Part shown: positions 16,084 to 25,332 of the stretch, one piece after another
How positions within the stretch are numbered: the first letter of the stretch is position 1
Layout of the letters: each line of letters opens with the position of its first letter
From: a virus
Lineage: Duplodnaviria > Caudoviricetes
Virus record (IMG/VR): IMGVR_UViG_3300033141_000111
Location: 1 to 25,741 of that record
DNA: 25,741 nt
Reading direction: 5' to 3' (one strand)
Translations under genes and position numbers: made by a program
Notes under the pieces: model-generated
Database searches by the model: none
What the model was told of the DNA's origin: nothing
What the model saw: only the letters and a program-made list of their open reading frames with translations

Positions 16084-17610
16084 ATGGCATTAATAGAAGT
16101 AAAATATTTTAATTCTTTTCTACTTAGAAAAAGTGTAGATTCATCTAATCAACCACAATGGTTTGGTTCTAGAGGTATACCTCAAGTTGTAGGTGGTTGG
16201 GAACAGGGAGCTGTTGACGCTAATAATACATTAAATTGGGCTATTGAAGAGTCTAGAATTAGAGGCGGTTACAATAATACATCAACTTCTTTAGGCGCTA
16301 AAGCTTATTTAGTAGAAGATGAACCTGAAGGAAGTATTAGAGGTAACTCTATGATTTACTCTGGAATATTTAATTCTAGAACTGGAATAAACCAAACTAA
16401 TCAGTTTCCTGTTGGTAGTGAAATAACTAAATCTACTGATCCATCAGATGGTAGTATACAAAGATTGTACGCAGAAGATACTAATTTAATTATATTTTCT
16501 GAAAAGAAAGTAAGTAGAGCTTTAATAGATAAAGATGCTATATACACAGCTGAAGGTGGCGGTGTACCTGTTAGTCAATTAAACCTAGTTATAGGACAAA
16601 TAATACCTTACGCTGGAAATTATGGTATAGCTGATAATCCAGAAAGTTTTGCTGTATATGGTTATAGAAAATATTTTGTAGATAAAAATAGAAACGCTGT
16701 TTTAAGACTGTCTAGAGATGGTATTACAGAAATATCTAACTACGGTATGATTGATTGGTTTAGAGATAATCTAAGCGCAGTAGATTCAACTAGTTTTGGT
16801 GCTGGAAAAATAATAGGTGGATGGGATATATATACAAAACAATATACAGTATCATTACAACAAAATGATGCTGCTCCAGAATCCACTTATCACACATTAC
16901 AGTTTGATGAAAAAATATTAGGTTGGCCTTCTTTCTATACATTTAAACCAAGGTTCATGTTTAGTCTAGCTAATAGATTTTATAGTATTAGTAATGAGGG
17001 ATCTACTCAAGATAATGTTTGGGTTCACAATGATTTAAATACTAATAGAGCAAACTTCTATTCTATTCAAGGTAAATCTAATATAACATTTGTTGTTAAT
17101 CCTTCAGTCAGTACTAGTAAAGTGTTTAAAACAGTTAATTACGAAGGTAGTAATGGTTGGGAAGTTATTTCATATGTTTCTGATATAACAGGAGTTGATA
17201 GCATTGAAGTAGATTCTTTTGGACAACCAGTTTGGTTGTTACCACCAGAAACAAGAGATACTACAAATAGTATACTTAGTTATTATGAAGGAGAATATAT
17301 AATAAACCCTTTACAAGCTAGTCCTACTTTTGGAACACCAGTATACAGACCAGATTATGTAACTGTTTTTGGAAGCGATGATCCTCCTTATAATAAAGAA
17401 TATGCTGGTTTTGTAAGAAAAGAAAATAAATACTATGCTAATCTTGTTAATAATTCTTCAGCAACTGCAGGCGAAGTTAGATTTGGTGAAGAAATGACTG
17501 GTATTAAAGCTTACTATTGTACGGTAACTATTGAAAATGATGACTACACAAACATTGGTGGTGCAAAAGAATTATTTGCAGTTAACTCTACGTTTGTACA
17601 AAGTAGTTAA
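16084..17610 (+). CDS. Tail nozzle or 'stabilization protein' C-terminal part (beta-propeller-like, 508 aa)
   Basis: IEESRIRGGYN, GNYGIADNPESFAVYGYRKYFVDKNRNAVLRLSRDGITEIS, KVFKTVNYEG and FVRKENKYYA match the C-terminal half of this family. Confidence 0.7.
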   Translation: MALIEVKYFNSFLLRKSVDSSNQPQWFGSRGIPQVVGGWEQGAVDANNTLNWAIEESRIRGGYNNTSTSLGAKAYLVEDEPEGSIRGNSMIYSGIFNSRTGINQTNQFPVGSEITKSTDPSDGSIQRLYAEDTNLIIFSEKKVSRALIDKDAIYTAEGGGVPVSQLNLVIGQIIPYAGNYGIADNPESFAVYGYRKYFVDKNRNAVLRLSRDGITEISNYGMIDWFRDNLSAVDSTSFGAGKIIGGWDIYTKQYTVSLQQNDAAPESTYHTLQFDEKILGWPSFYTFKPRFMFSLANRFYSISNEGSTQDNVWVHNDLNTNRANFYSIQGKSNITFVVNPSVSTSKVFKTVNYEGSNGWEVISYVSDITGVDSIEVDSFGQPVWLLPPETRDTTNSILSYYEGEYIINPLQASPTFGTPVYRPDYVTVFGSDDPPYNKEYAGFVRKENKYYANLVNNSSATAGEVRFGEEMTGIKAYYCTVTIENDDYTNIGGAKELFAVNSTFVQSS

Positions 17611-17626
17611 ATTAAATTAAATTAAA
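17607..17626. repeat. (TTAAA)x4 tandem repeat forming the stop, spacer and start junction
   Basis: TTAAA TTAAA TTAAA TTAAA spans stop 17608-17610 to the A of ATG 17626. Confidence 0.8.
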
Positions 17627-18033
17627 TGGATTTTAAAGCAAGAATATTAAAAGAAGAAGACTATAGTCTTTTAGAAACATGGTGGAAAGCTTGGGGTTGG
17701 CCATCTGTTAATAAAGCTATATTACCAGACAACGGAACTGGTGGTGTGATGATTGAGTATAAAGGTAAACCAATAGTAGCTGGATTTATATATTGGAGTA
17801 ACTCGGGTTTGTGTTGGTTTGATTGGGTAGTTTCTGATCATGATGGTAATAAAAGAGCTAGACCTTTAGCTGTAAAGTTTTTAATAGAAACTGTAGAGCA
17901 AATGGTTAAAGATGCAGGTAAAGCTTGCATTATGTCAATAAGTAGAAGTAATAGTTTACTTAAGATACATAAAAAATTAGGTTGGTCGGTTGATGATAAA
18001 CCGTCACACGAAATGATAAAAATGATAATTTAA
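17626..18033 (+). CDS. GNAT-fold (acetyltransferase-like) protein (135 aa)
   Basis: ARILKEEDY...GKPIVAGFIY...WVVSD...LIETVEQMVKDAG...LLKIHKKLGW matches GNAT topology. Lies between nozzle and ejection genes, as in many podoviruses. Confidence 0.6.
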   Translation: MDFKARILKEEDYSLLETWWKAWGWPSVNKAILPDNGTGGVMIEYKGKPIVAGFIYWSNSGLCWFDWVVSDHDGNKRARPLAVKFLIETVEQMVKDAGKACIMSISRSNSLLKIHKKLGWSVDDKPSHEMIKMII

Positions 18034-18043
18034 AAACAATATT

Positions 18044-18775
18044 ATGGCAGTAGTAGCAGCAGTAGCAACAGCAGTTGTTGGAACAGCAGTAGGTGGTGCG
18101 GTCCAAGCGGGCAAGCAGCATAAAGCCATGCGTAGAGCTAGAAATGAAAAGGAAGCAGCTAAATGGAAAGTTGAAGAGCTTCAGGCTAGTAGGCAAGAAA
18201 TAACAAACCCTTTTGCGGGAGTACAATCGTTGTCTAGTATGGCTAGTGATTTATCTGGTCAAATGAGTAATCCTTATGCTAGTTTAGGTGTAGCAACTCA
18301 AGCTGCAGAAATACAAATGGAGCAAAGTGATATAGCTTTAGCTAATTCACTAGACACAGGAGCTAGTGCTGGTGGAGCAACTGCATTAGCACAAGCCGCA
18401 TTAAGAAGTAAAAAAGGTGTATCAGCTGGAATCGAAGCTCAAGAAGCAACTAATGAAAAACTAAGAGCAGAAGGTGAAGCTAAACTACAACAAGCAAAAA
18501 TAAGTGAACAACAAAGATTACAATCAATAGCAATCACAGAAGGACAAAGAGTTCAAGCTGCAGAGGCTCAAGGTAATATATTTGAGTTTCATGCTCAAGA
18601 AGATAGAACTAATGCTGATTTAGCTTATAATATTGCCAAAGAAACAGGTGCTCAACAAAGACAAGCACAAGCTAGAGCAAATAGAGATAGTGCTACATCT
18701 GGTATATTTACTAGTATAGCTTCAAGTGTTGCAACTGCTGGACTTACAGGAGGATTAGGTAATACTGGGCCATAA
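18044..18775 (+). CDS. Internal virion or ejection protein (small, P22 gp7/T7 gp14-like position)
   Basis: Hydrophobic A/V/G N-terminus, A/Q-rich coiled coil and G/A/S-rich hydrophobic C-terminus. Confidence 0.6.
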   Translation: MAVVAAVATAVVGTAVGGAVQAGKQHKAMRRARNEKEAAKWKVEELQASRQEITNPFAGVQSLSSMASDLSGQMSNPYASLGVATQAAEIQMEQSDIALANSLDTGASAGGATALAQAALRSKKGVSAGIEAQEATNEKLRAEGEAKLQQAKISEQQRLQSIAITEGQRVQAAEAQGNIFEFHAQEDRTNADLAYNIAKETGAQQRQAQARANRDSATSGIFTSIASSVATAGLTGGLGNTGP

Positions 18776-18811
18776 ACAAGATTGATGTTGAATTTAAAAG
18801 AATAAGTTAAT

Positions 18812-19129
18812 ATGGGATATAGAATACCACCACCAGACTTTGTATTACCGCCTATGCAGATAAACGTTGCCGCAGAAATGGGTAGAACATTTGCTGCAGG
18901 TATAGACAAAATAGCGGCTTACAATAGAGAGCAAAAAGAAAAAGCTAAGAAGCTTCAAGATACTCAAAACGCTTTTAAGAATCAATTAATATTACAGCAA
19001 AATGAATTAAAGAATAGTTATTTTAAATCATTAGATAAAGCTGGTATAAATGATGATCCTGAAAAAGAAAATGAATTGTTTGATGTCAAATTGTTACTGA
19101 TTTTAAATCTTATTCTGAAAGTAGTTTAA
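18812..19129 (+). CDS. Internal virion or ejection protein, N-terminal part (frame break near 19085)
   Basis: Ejection-protein-like N-terminus with coiled coil. The tail VKLLLILNLILKVV* looks out of frame. Confidence 0.6.
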   Translation: MGYRIPPPDFVLPPMQINVAAEMGRTFAAGIDKIAAYNREQKEKAKKLQDTQNAFKNQLILQQNELKNSYFKSLDKAGINDDPEKENELFDVKLLLILNLILKVV

Positions 19130-20364
19130 CTCAAATGGGTGGGGTGTTAGCTGATTCAGAGCTTGTTCTTAATAATGATTACGTAGTAGTAGGAGATCCT
19201 ATGAATGGTGAGCAAATAAGCAACACGCTTGCATTACAAAATATAAATGGTGTTAACGCTAAAACATTTGATCCTAATGCTATAACAAGTAGAAAACTAA
19301 CTACTAAAGGCAATCAAAACGTGGTTACTTCTACTGTTAAAATACCTGTAAATTCTAATTATTTTAAAAAGGTAAATAAAGACGGAGGAGGAGATGGCGC
19401 AAATATAATACTACAAAATGGTGTAGACGCTGGAATTATTAAAACAGAAAATATAGATGGTAAGGATTACTATGTATTTAAAAGTGATATAAATGTTTCT
19501 AACTATTCTACTAAAGGTGGAATGGATTTAGTACAAGAAAAATTACCTACATTAAAATCTGATGACACGTTGACTGAATTAGGGTATTTACAATCTGATG
19601 GCGCATTTGCTAAAAGTTACGTTTCAAAAGATGAAGTTATAACTCAAGAAATTGAAAAAGATTTAGATGGTAATTCTACTGGATATAAAAAACAAGTAGG
19701 CTATAAGATTATAGACGTTGGATCTATGGTTGAAAATAAAGCTTATATAGACATGTTAAATGTTGAGTATGGTAGTGTTTTTAAAGATACGTCTAGATCA
19801 GAAGCTCAAAGACAACAGTATTTAGTTGATATAGGTATACCCATGAATCTTAAATCATTCAATAAGTTAACTGAAGCAGAAAGACAGCAAACCGTTACCG
19901 CGGCTATAGAAAGAAAAATGTGGACAGGTTATTTTCCTGCTAAATATAAATCATCAGGTAGACTACCTCAACAAGTTCAAGTGAAATTAGATGAATCTCC
20001 AGAAGGTGTGGCATTACTAAAGCAATTAAATGATATAGGTTATAAAAACCCTTCAACAGGAAAACTTTATAAACAAGGTGACTATGCTTATGTAATTAGA
20101 GAAGAGCAAAGCAGATCTATATCTGAGGATTCTACTGAAAGAATAGATGCTTACTCTGCTTTCTTGAAAAAATCAGATGAACAAATATTGAGTGACTTAG
20201 CAAGTATTCCTTTGTCAGTTTCTAATAGAGGAAGTTTTTACGCTAGAGATGGTAAAATATATTTGAACAAAGGTGGTGATGATCGTACAAACGATAAAGT
20301 AATTCCAATGAACATGTTTAGAGATGCTTTAACAACAGCTAGCTCTACAGAAAGAAATAAATAA
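19084..20364 (+). CDS. Internal virion or ejection protein, C-terminal part (-1 frame continuation; track start 19135)
   Basis: Frame opens at 19084 (CQIVTDFKSYSESSLTQMGG...) with normal codon usage upstream of the ATG at 19135. Confidence 0.6.
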   Translation, partial: CQIVTDFKSYSESSLTQMGGVLADSELVLNNDYVVVGDPMNGEQISNTLALQNINGVNAKTFDPNAITSRKLTTKGNQNVVTSTVKIPVNSNYFKKVNKDGGGDGANIILQNGVDAGIIKTENIDGKDYYVFKSDINVSNYSTKGGMDLVQEKLPTLKSDDTLTELGYLQSDGAFAKSYVSKDEVITQEIEKDLDGNSTGYKKQVGYKIIDVGSMVENKAYIDMLNVEYGSVFKDTSRSEAQRQQYLVDIGIPMNLKSFNKLTEAERQQTVTAAIERKMWTGYFPAKYKSSGRLPQQVQVKLDESPEGVALLKQLNDIGYKNPSTGKLYKQGDYAYVIREEQSRSISEDSTERIDAYSAFLKKSDEQILSDLASIPLSVSNRGSFYARDGKIYLNKGGDDRTNDKVIPMNMFRDALTTASSTERNK

Positions 20365-20370
20365 TATTAT

Positions 20371-23300
20371 ATGTACAAGTATAACGGAAACACGTATAGC
20401 TTAGAAGACTTAAAAATAGTTCTAGGTGTAGAAGAAATTACTCAAGATATTCTAGCTCAGTACGGTATAACTGAGGCAGAAGAAGAAGTTAAAATAGACC
20501 CACCAACTACAACAGTAGACGAAGTGGGAAAGAGCAACGATGTTGTAGAAGATGCGATTGCAACATCAGACGAAGAAAGAGCATCGATGTTGGAATTAGA
20601 ATTGGAGCGTATTTCATCGGAATTAGAAAAGATAGATCCATATAAAGACGCAGAAACAGTTACATATAAATCTTTTGGTGGTTATGAGCAGAAACAAATA
20701 GGTGTAGATAATGCTGCTTTAAAAAAAGAACAAGAGTTAAAAGAAAAAAGAAAGAAAACAAAAGACGAACTAGAAAGAGTTTTATTTAACATAGGTCCTA
20801 ATATAGATATACCAGCTACTTTAGTTAGTTCAGATGAGGAAGCTGTAGAAAAATATCTACGCCAACAAGTACCGTGGGCTAGGGTAGAACAAACAGACGC
20901 TGGCGATGGGGTTAATATATATATTGACGAAGATTTTTATGGTTTTGGTGAAGGTGAAATACCAGATTGGATGCAGAAACCTAGATCAGAAGGTGAACCT
21001 ATATATATAAATTTACAACCTAATACAGACGAAGGTAGAGAAATAGCTATTGATCAATTTAAAAGAATAAATGCGTTTGGTAATGCTTTAAGTCCAGACG
21101 CTAAAAGAGATTATACTTTAGATGTTGCTATAGCAAAAATGGAAGAACTTAAAGATCCTTCTGACTTAAATTATTTATTAAAAGGTACTGGTTATAGAAT
21201 CGATTATGAAAAAACATATAAAGATTCTGGCATGAAAACAAGAGAGGAAGACGATGCTATTATGCTTCCTGAACATAACTATGTTTTAGTAAAAGATGGT
21301 AGTGCAGAGACATTAGATTTTGGAATAGAAAATGATGGCGAACCTATTGTAGTAGCAAGTGATATAGAAGGTATAAGAACTACATTAAAAGATAATATTG
21401 TAGGTAGTGAATTGTATGAGACAATTATAAGTAATAACGCTTTTGAAGCTCAAAAAGATTTTCTACTAGCTAAACACGAAGCTCTTGAAAAAGAAAAAGA
21501 AAGAATAACAAATTCTCCAGATCTTACTTTAGATTATTTTGAAGATCAATTTGAAAAAGATTTACTAGAAGCTTTAGGTTATAAAAATAAAAAAGAAGCA
21601 TACCAAGACCCTAGCGTTAGACCTTTGCTAGATCACTTTAGTTCTTTAACAAAAGCCACAAGGCCTGGTGCTGTACCTACTTATGGTACTAATCTAACAA
21701 TGAAATTACTTAGGTTTTTAACAGGAACTGAAGAAGCATCAGAGACGGATAAAAGAAAAAACAGAATATCAGCTTATCAAAATCTTGGTGATTTACCTGA
21801 AGATTTACAACAAAGATTAATAGATGCTGGATTTGGAGGGGATAACTCTAAGTTTTTACAAGACAATATAAACAAATATGCTCATAATCAACTAATAAAT
21901 AAAAGTGATAAAATAATAGAGGGGGTTATGAAAAGAAGCGGTAATCAATCTCTTATTAGATTATCTCAAAGGTTTTTAGAAGTTGACGAAAATATTTTTA
22001 AAGAAGAGCTTGATAAAAAAGTAAAGACGGTTCAAAAAATAGATGATCAGTATAGAAAATTATTTGCTCAAAGAGGGAAGAATATTGAGAAGATGTTGCC
22101 AAAAGGTGCTGAGTTTGAAATATCAACGCTAGGTGGTGTTACTCAATTGAATTTAAAATACGATGGTGAATTAAACGAGTCTCAACAAAAAGCTTTCGAT
22201 AAAGCCCAAGACGAATTAATGGACTTACAGTATGTCATGGGTATTTATCAGCAAGATTATGCTGGTACTATGCGAAACATACAAACTGAAATTGCTGAAT
22301 ACTATGCTCAAGGTAGAGGTGTAGATGAAAGCACTTTTGATTTTGCTGCTAAAGATTATGACTTAAGTAGTATTTTAGCTAAAGATATTGGTGATAGTTT
22401 TAAAAGTGTTTTCTTAACCGTACCTACATTACTAGGTGAAGACAGTGCTGTATTAGAACAAGAGAGAATGAATCAGAAGAATCAACTCTTTGAAACAATG
22501 ATAGACTATGATGATGGTAATTTTTTAAGATATGCTATAAGAACTACTGGTCAACAGTCTGCTAATTTAACCTTAGCAATAGGTACAGCTGGTGCTGGTA
22601 GCGCTTTGGGTTTAACAAACGCTGTAACTAGAGTCGCAATAGGTACTACATTTGGTTTAACTAGTGGTACTCAAACGTTTAGAGATCTTAAAACTCAGCA
22701 GGAAATATACGACTACGCTGTATTGAAAGGTAAGCAAGCTGATAGAGCTTTACGTGAAGGTATAATAGGTCAATATGAACATACTCAAATAATGCTTGAT
22801 GTAAATAAAACTAAAGCAATGGGTAGACTTACTGATAATCAAATTATAGGAGCTAGCTGGGCAAACGGTTTTATAGAAGGTACAATTACTACAGCGGTAG
22901 GTACAGCTCCTAACTCTATAAAACTATTAAAAGATTTTAAAGCACCGACAAAATTAACTGAAATAGGTAAAAACTTATTTAAAAGTGATGTTACTAAGTT
23001 GTATAACTTTATTGGTAAACCAATTGGTCAAAGAGTTGGTGGTGAAATTTTAGAAGAAGAATTAATATATGGTGGTCAACAGTTTTTTACTGAGTATGGT
23101 ATACTAGGTAGAGACTTTGATTTAAGTAATTGGGATGATGTTGCTGTAGCTTCATTAGTAGTTAGTGGTGTTAGTCAAGGTCCTGGGGTTGGTTATTCTG
23201 GTATAATGACATATGGCGCAACTGCAAAATATGAATCAGCTATAAACAAGCTAAGAATAAACACTCAAAATTTAAACTCTATACTAGCAGATCCTAACAA

Positions 23301-25332
23301 CAACTTAACAGATAAACAAAGAAAAGATTTAATTTTTAGTATTGCTGAAAATTTAAAAGAACAAGGTTTAGAAACAGATAAGCTTTCTATTGATGTTATG
23401 AACTTAGGTTCTGATAATGTAAAAAGATTAATAGGTAATTCTATAATAAAACAAGACCTATTAAAACAAGCTGGGGTAACTCCTGACATGAATGATGTTC
23501 AACAAGCAGAGGTGTTAAACTCTTATAAAAAAAGTTTAAAAGAAAGTAATCCTCAAGCTTTAGAAGATTTTAATAATCAGCTAAATGCTATTGATACTCA
23601 AATAAACAATATTAAAAAGAAAGTTGAAAGTCCTGGTAGTTATAAAAGAGCTAAAGAATCTTTGGGTAATATATACAATGTATATGATGCTCAATATAAA
23701 AGAGAAGGTAGAGTTTTTGATAGTGAGTCAGATAAATTAGCAACAATTTTAGAAGATATTAGACAAGATATAAACACTTCTAACATAGATAAAGCTAAAG
23801 CAAATCCTGAAATAGCTGAAACCGTAGAAAATATAAGAGTAGATAAAGAAGGTAACGAACGCTACACTAAGTCCGGCGAAAGTGATAAGAGGTTTAAACC
23901 TTTAAACGACGCACAGAAAGACGCTATGTATTCCGATTTCGGTAGATTAATAACATTAAATTCTGCTAGAGGAGTTGCTAATAAAATAAACATAGAAACA
24001 TCTGTACAATCTATATTAGGCGATGATGTTAAACTAGAAGTTGCTAGTTGGAAAACTAAAGAAGATCTAGAAGCATTGTTAGAAAATGAAATAAAAGATA
24101 AACAAGAAAGATTAGATGCTTTTACTAAATTAAATGATGGTAAAGTATTTGGCTTAATTGTTGGTAATAAAATTATAACTCAAAACGAAAAGCAAGCTCA
24201 AGAAGATTTAGACAAAGGAATTGTAAGAGCTGGTACGGTTGTACTTCATGAATTAAACCACGCTATTGATGATGGGCGTATTAACACTGCTGAAGGTAAA
24301 TTAAACTACGCAACAAACTTATTTAAAGCTGCTAGCGAAAGTGATAACGCTCAATTAAAAGCTTTACATAGTTATACCATGAATTTATTAAATGGTATAT
24401 ACGGGCCAAGAGGAGAAACATTTGAAAACAGTGAAACATTTAGAGATGAATACACAAAGTATCTTCAAGAACAGGCTTTTGCTTATGAAGATCAACTACA
24501 ATTAGAAAAAGACGAGAGCAGTTTAATAAAAGCTTTTAACAGTATTACTACAAATGCTAATGCTTTAAACACACCTCAAAAAGCTTTAAACTACATGGTG
24601 GCTAATAACTCTGGATTTAGATCTGGTAAGTTAAGTAAAAAATCTCAAAATGCTTTAAAGAATAGAAAAGAAGGTGAACTTAAGTTTTCTGAAAAAAATA
24701 TAAATGATCTTGCTGTAAAGTATAAAGCTGGTGAATTAAATGCAGAGCAGACTATGGATTTCTATAATCAATATAGAAATACAGCGTTAGCAGCTATGGG
24801 CTTTGATACTCGTAAAGGTGATATACCAACCGACAAGGCTTTAGGTTTTGCAACCGATGCTTTCGGTAGAGTAACTAGAACTTACAAGCCAGAAGATGGA
24901 TCATTCACTAACTGGATATATAACACTATAGGTAGAGAAGGTAGAGCTAAAATAGGTCAAGAAATAGAACGTAAAAAAGCTACGTCACGTATTAGCGAAG
25001 CTCAAGAACAAACAAGGTTGAAGTCTACAGAAACTGCAGAAACAGGATTAGAACTAGAAGAAAGAGCCGCGCGTGAAAAGAAAGCCGAACTAAAACTAAT
25101 TAACCCGTTAAAGTCAAAAGAAGTTGCTAGAAATATAAAAGAGATTGAAGCTGCAGTTGCTATTACACCATCTAAAGCACCTATAGCTGACTTTAAGAAT
25201 ATATCTCAAGACTTCGGAGGAAAGGTTGCTAGTATAATTTTTAATGTCCCAGAAACAAAAATCACTGATGGCACTAAAAACCTTACTTACGCTAAAAAAA
25301 TTGTTGATGGTATAATGAAAAAGTTACTGTAA
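20371..25332 (+). CDS. Giant internal virion or polyvalent ejection protein with membrane-inserting segments, zincin HExxH and sigma-region-2-like segment
   Basis: 1653 aa. G/A/T-rich hydrophobic helices at about 22560-23220, VVLHELNH at 24238-24261 with a later DE (FRDEY), and RTYKPEDGSFTNWIYNTI. Continues in the -1 frame after about 25310. Confidence 0.75.
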   Translation: MYKYNGNTYSLEDLKIVLGVEEITQDILAQYGITEAEEEVKIDPPTTTVDEVGKSNDVVEDAIATSDEERASMLELELERISSELEKIDPYKDAETVTYKSFGGYEQKQIGVDNAALKKEQELKEKRKKTKDELERVLFNIGPNIDIPATLVSSDEEAVEKYLRQQVPWARVEQTDAGDGVNIYIDEDFYGFGEGEIPDWMQKPRSEGEPIYINLQPNTDEGREIAIDQFKRINAFGNALSPDAKRDYTLDVAIAKMEELKDPSDLNYLLKGTGYRIDYEKTYKDSGMKTREEDDAIMLPEHNYVLVKDGSAETLDFGIENDGEPIVVASDIEGIRTTLKDNIVGSELYETIISNNAFEAQKDFLLAKHEALEKEKERITNSPDLTLDYFEDQFEKDLLEALGYKNKKEAYQDPSVRPLLDHFSSLTKATRPGAVPTYGTNLTMKLLRFLTGTEEASETDKRKNRISAYQNLGDLPEDLQQRLIDAGFGGDNSKFLQDNINKYAHNQLINKSDKIIEGVMKRSGNQSLIRLSQRFLEVDENIFKEELDKKVKTVQKIDDQYRKLFAQRGKNIEKMLPKGAEFEISTLGGVTQLNLKYDGELNESQQKAFDKAQDELMDLQYVMGIYQQDYAGTMRNIQTEIAEYYAQGRGVDESTFDFAAKDYDLSSILAKDIGDSFKSVFLTVPTLLGEDSAVLEQERMNQKNQLFETMIDYDDGNFLRYAIRTTGQQSANLTLAIGTAGAGSALGLTNAVTRVAIGTTFGLTSGTQTFRDLKTQQEIYDYAVLKGKQADRALREGIIGQYEHTQIMLDVNKTKAMGRLTDNQIIGASWANGFIEGTITTAVGTAPNSIKLLKDFKAPTKLTEIGKNLFKSDVTKLYNFIGKPIGQRVGGEILEEELIYGGQQFFTEYGILGRDFDLSNWDDVAVASLVVSGVSQGPGVGYSGIMTYGATAKYESAINKLRINTQNLNSILADPNNNLTDKQRKDLIFSIAENLKEQGLETDKLSIDVMNLGSDNVKRLIGNSIIKQDLLKQAGVTPDMNDVQQAEVLNSYKKSLKESNPQALEDFNNQLNAIDTQINNIKKKVESPGSYKRAKESLGNIYNVYDAQYKREGRVFDSESDKLATILEDIRQDINTSNIDKAKANPEIAETVENIRVDKEGNERYTKSGESDKRFKPLNDAQKDAMYSDFGRLITLNSARGVANKINIETSVQSILGDDVKLEVASWKTKEDLEALLENEIKDKQERLDAFTKLNDGKVFGLIVGNKIITQNEKQAQEDLDKGIVRAGTVVLHELNHAIDDGRINTAEGKLNYATNLFKAASESDNAQLKALHSYTMNLLNGIYGPRGETFENSETFRDEYTKYLQEQAFAYEDQLQLEKDESSLIKAFNSITTNANALNTPQKALNYMVANNSGFRSGKLSKKSQNALKNRKEGELKFSEKNINDLAVKYKAGELNAEQTMDFYNQYRNTALAAMGFDTRKGDIPTDKALGFATDAFGRVTRTYKPEDGSFTNWIYNTIGREGRAKIGQEIERKKATSRISEAQEQTRLKSTETAETGLELEERAAREKKAELKLINPLKSKEVARNIKEIEAAVAITPSKAPIADFKNISQDFGGKVASIIFNVPETKITDGTKNLTYAKKIVDGIMKKLL
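20526..20585 (+). promoter_or_regulatory. Putative -1 programmed ribosomal frameshift signal (G_GGA_AAG plus H-type pseudoknot)
   Basis: In-frame heptamer 20526-20532, 6-nt spacer, stem 1 20539-20548 / 20558-20567, stem 2 GATGC 20551-20555 / GCATC 20581-20585. Confidence 0.75.
20532..20645 (+). CDS. -1 transframe segment EQRCCRRCDCNIRRRKSIDVGIRIGAYFIGIRKDRSI* (gives a 91-aa product with residues 1-54 of the giant gene)
   Basis: The -1 frame is open 20493-20645 with no ATG, GTG or TTG, so it is most simply reached by slippage. Confidence 0.6.
   Translation, partial: EQRCCRRCDCNIRRRKSIDVGIRIGAYFIGIRKDRSI

Noticed and set aside
18340-18375. Possible small in-frame deletion in ANSLDT-GASAGG
   Set aside because: Rests only on a vague recollection of homologues and cannot be supported from this sequence.
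17960-18909. Two minus-strand ORFs, one Cys-rich (CCSNNCCCYCCYYC)
   Set aside because: The Cys/Tyr run is simply the reverse complement of GCA/GTA/ACA codons at the start of gene 18044.
23265-23489. Minus-strand 74-aa ORF in the giant gene
   Set aside because: Antisense shadow with no independent signals.
23890-23945. Palindrome AGGTTTAAACCT and in-frame T_TTA_AAC heptamer (23901-23907)
   Set aside because: Common in AT-rich coding DNA. There is no strong downstream structure and the -1 frame closes after 12 codons.
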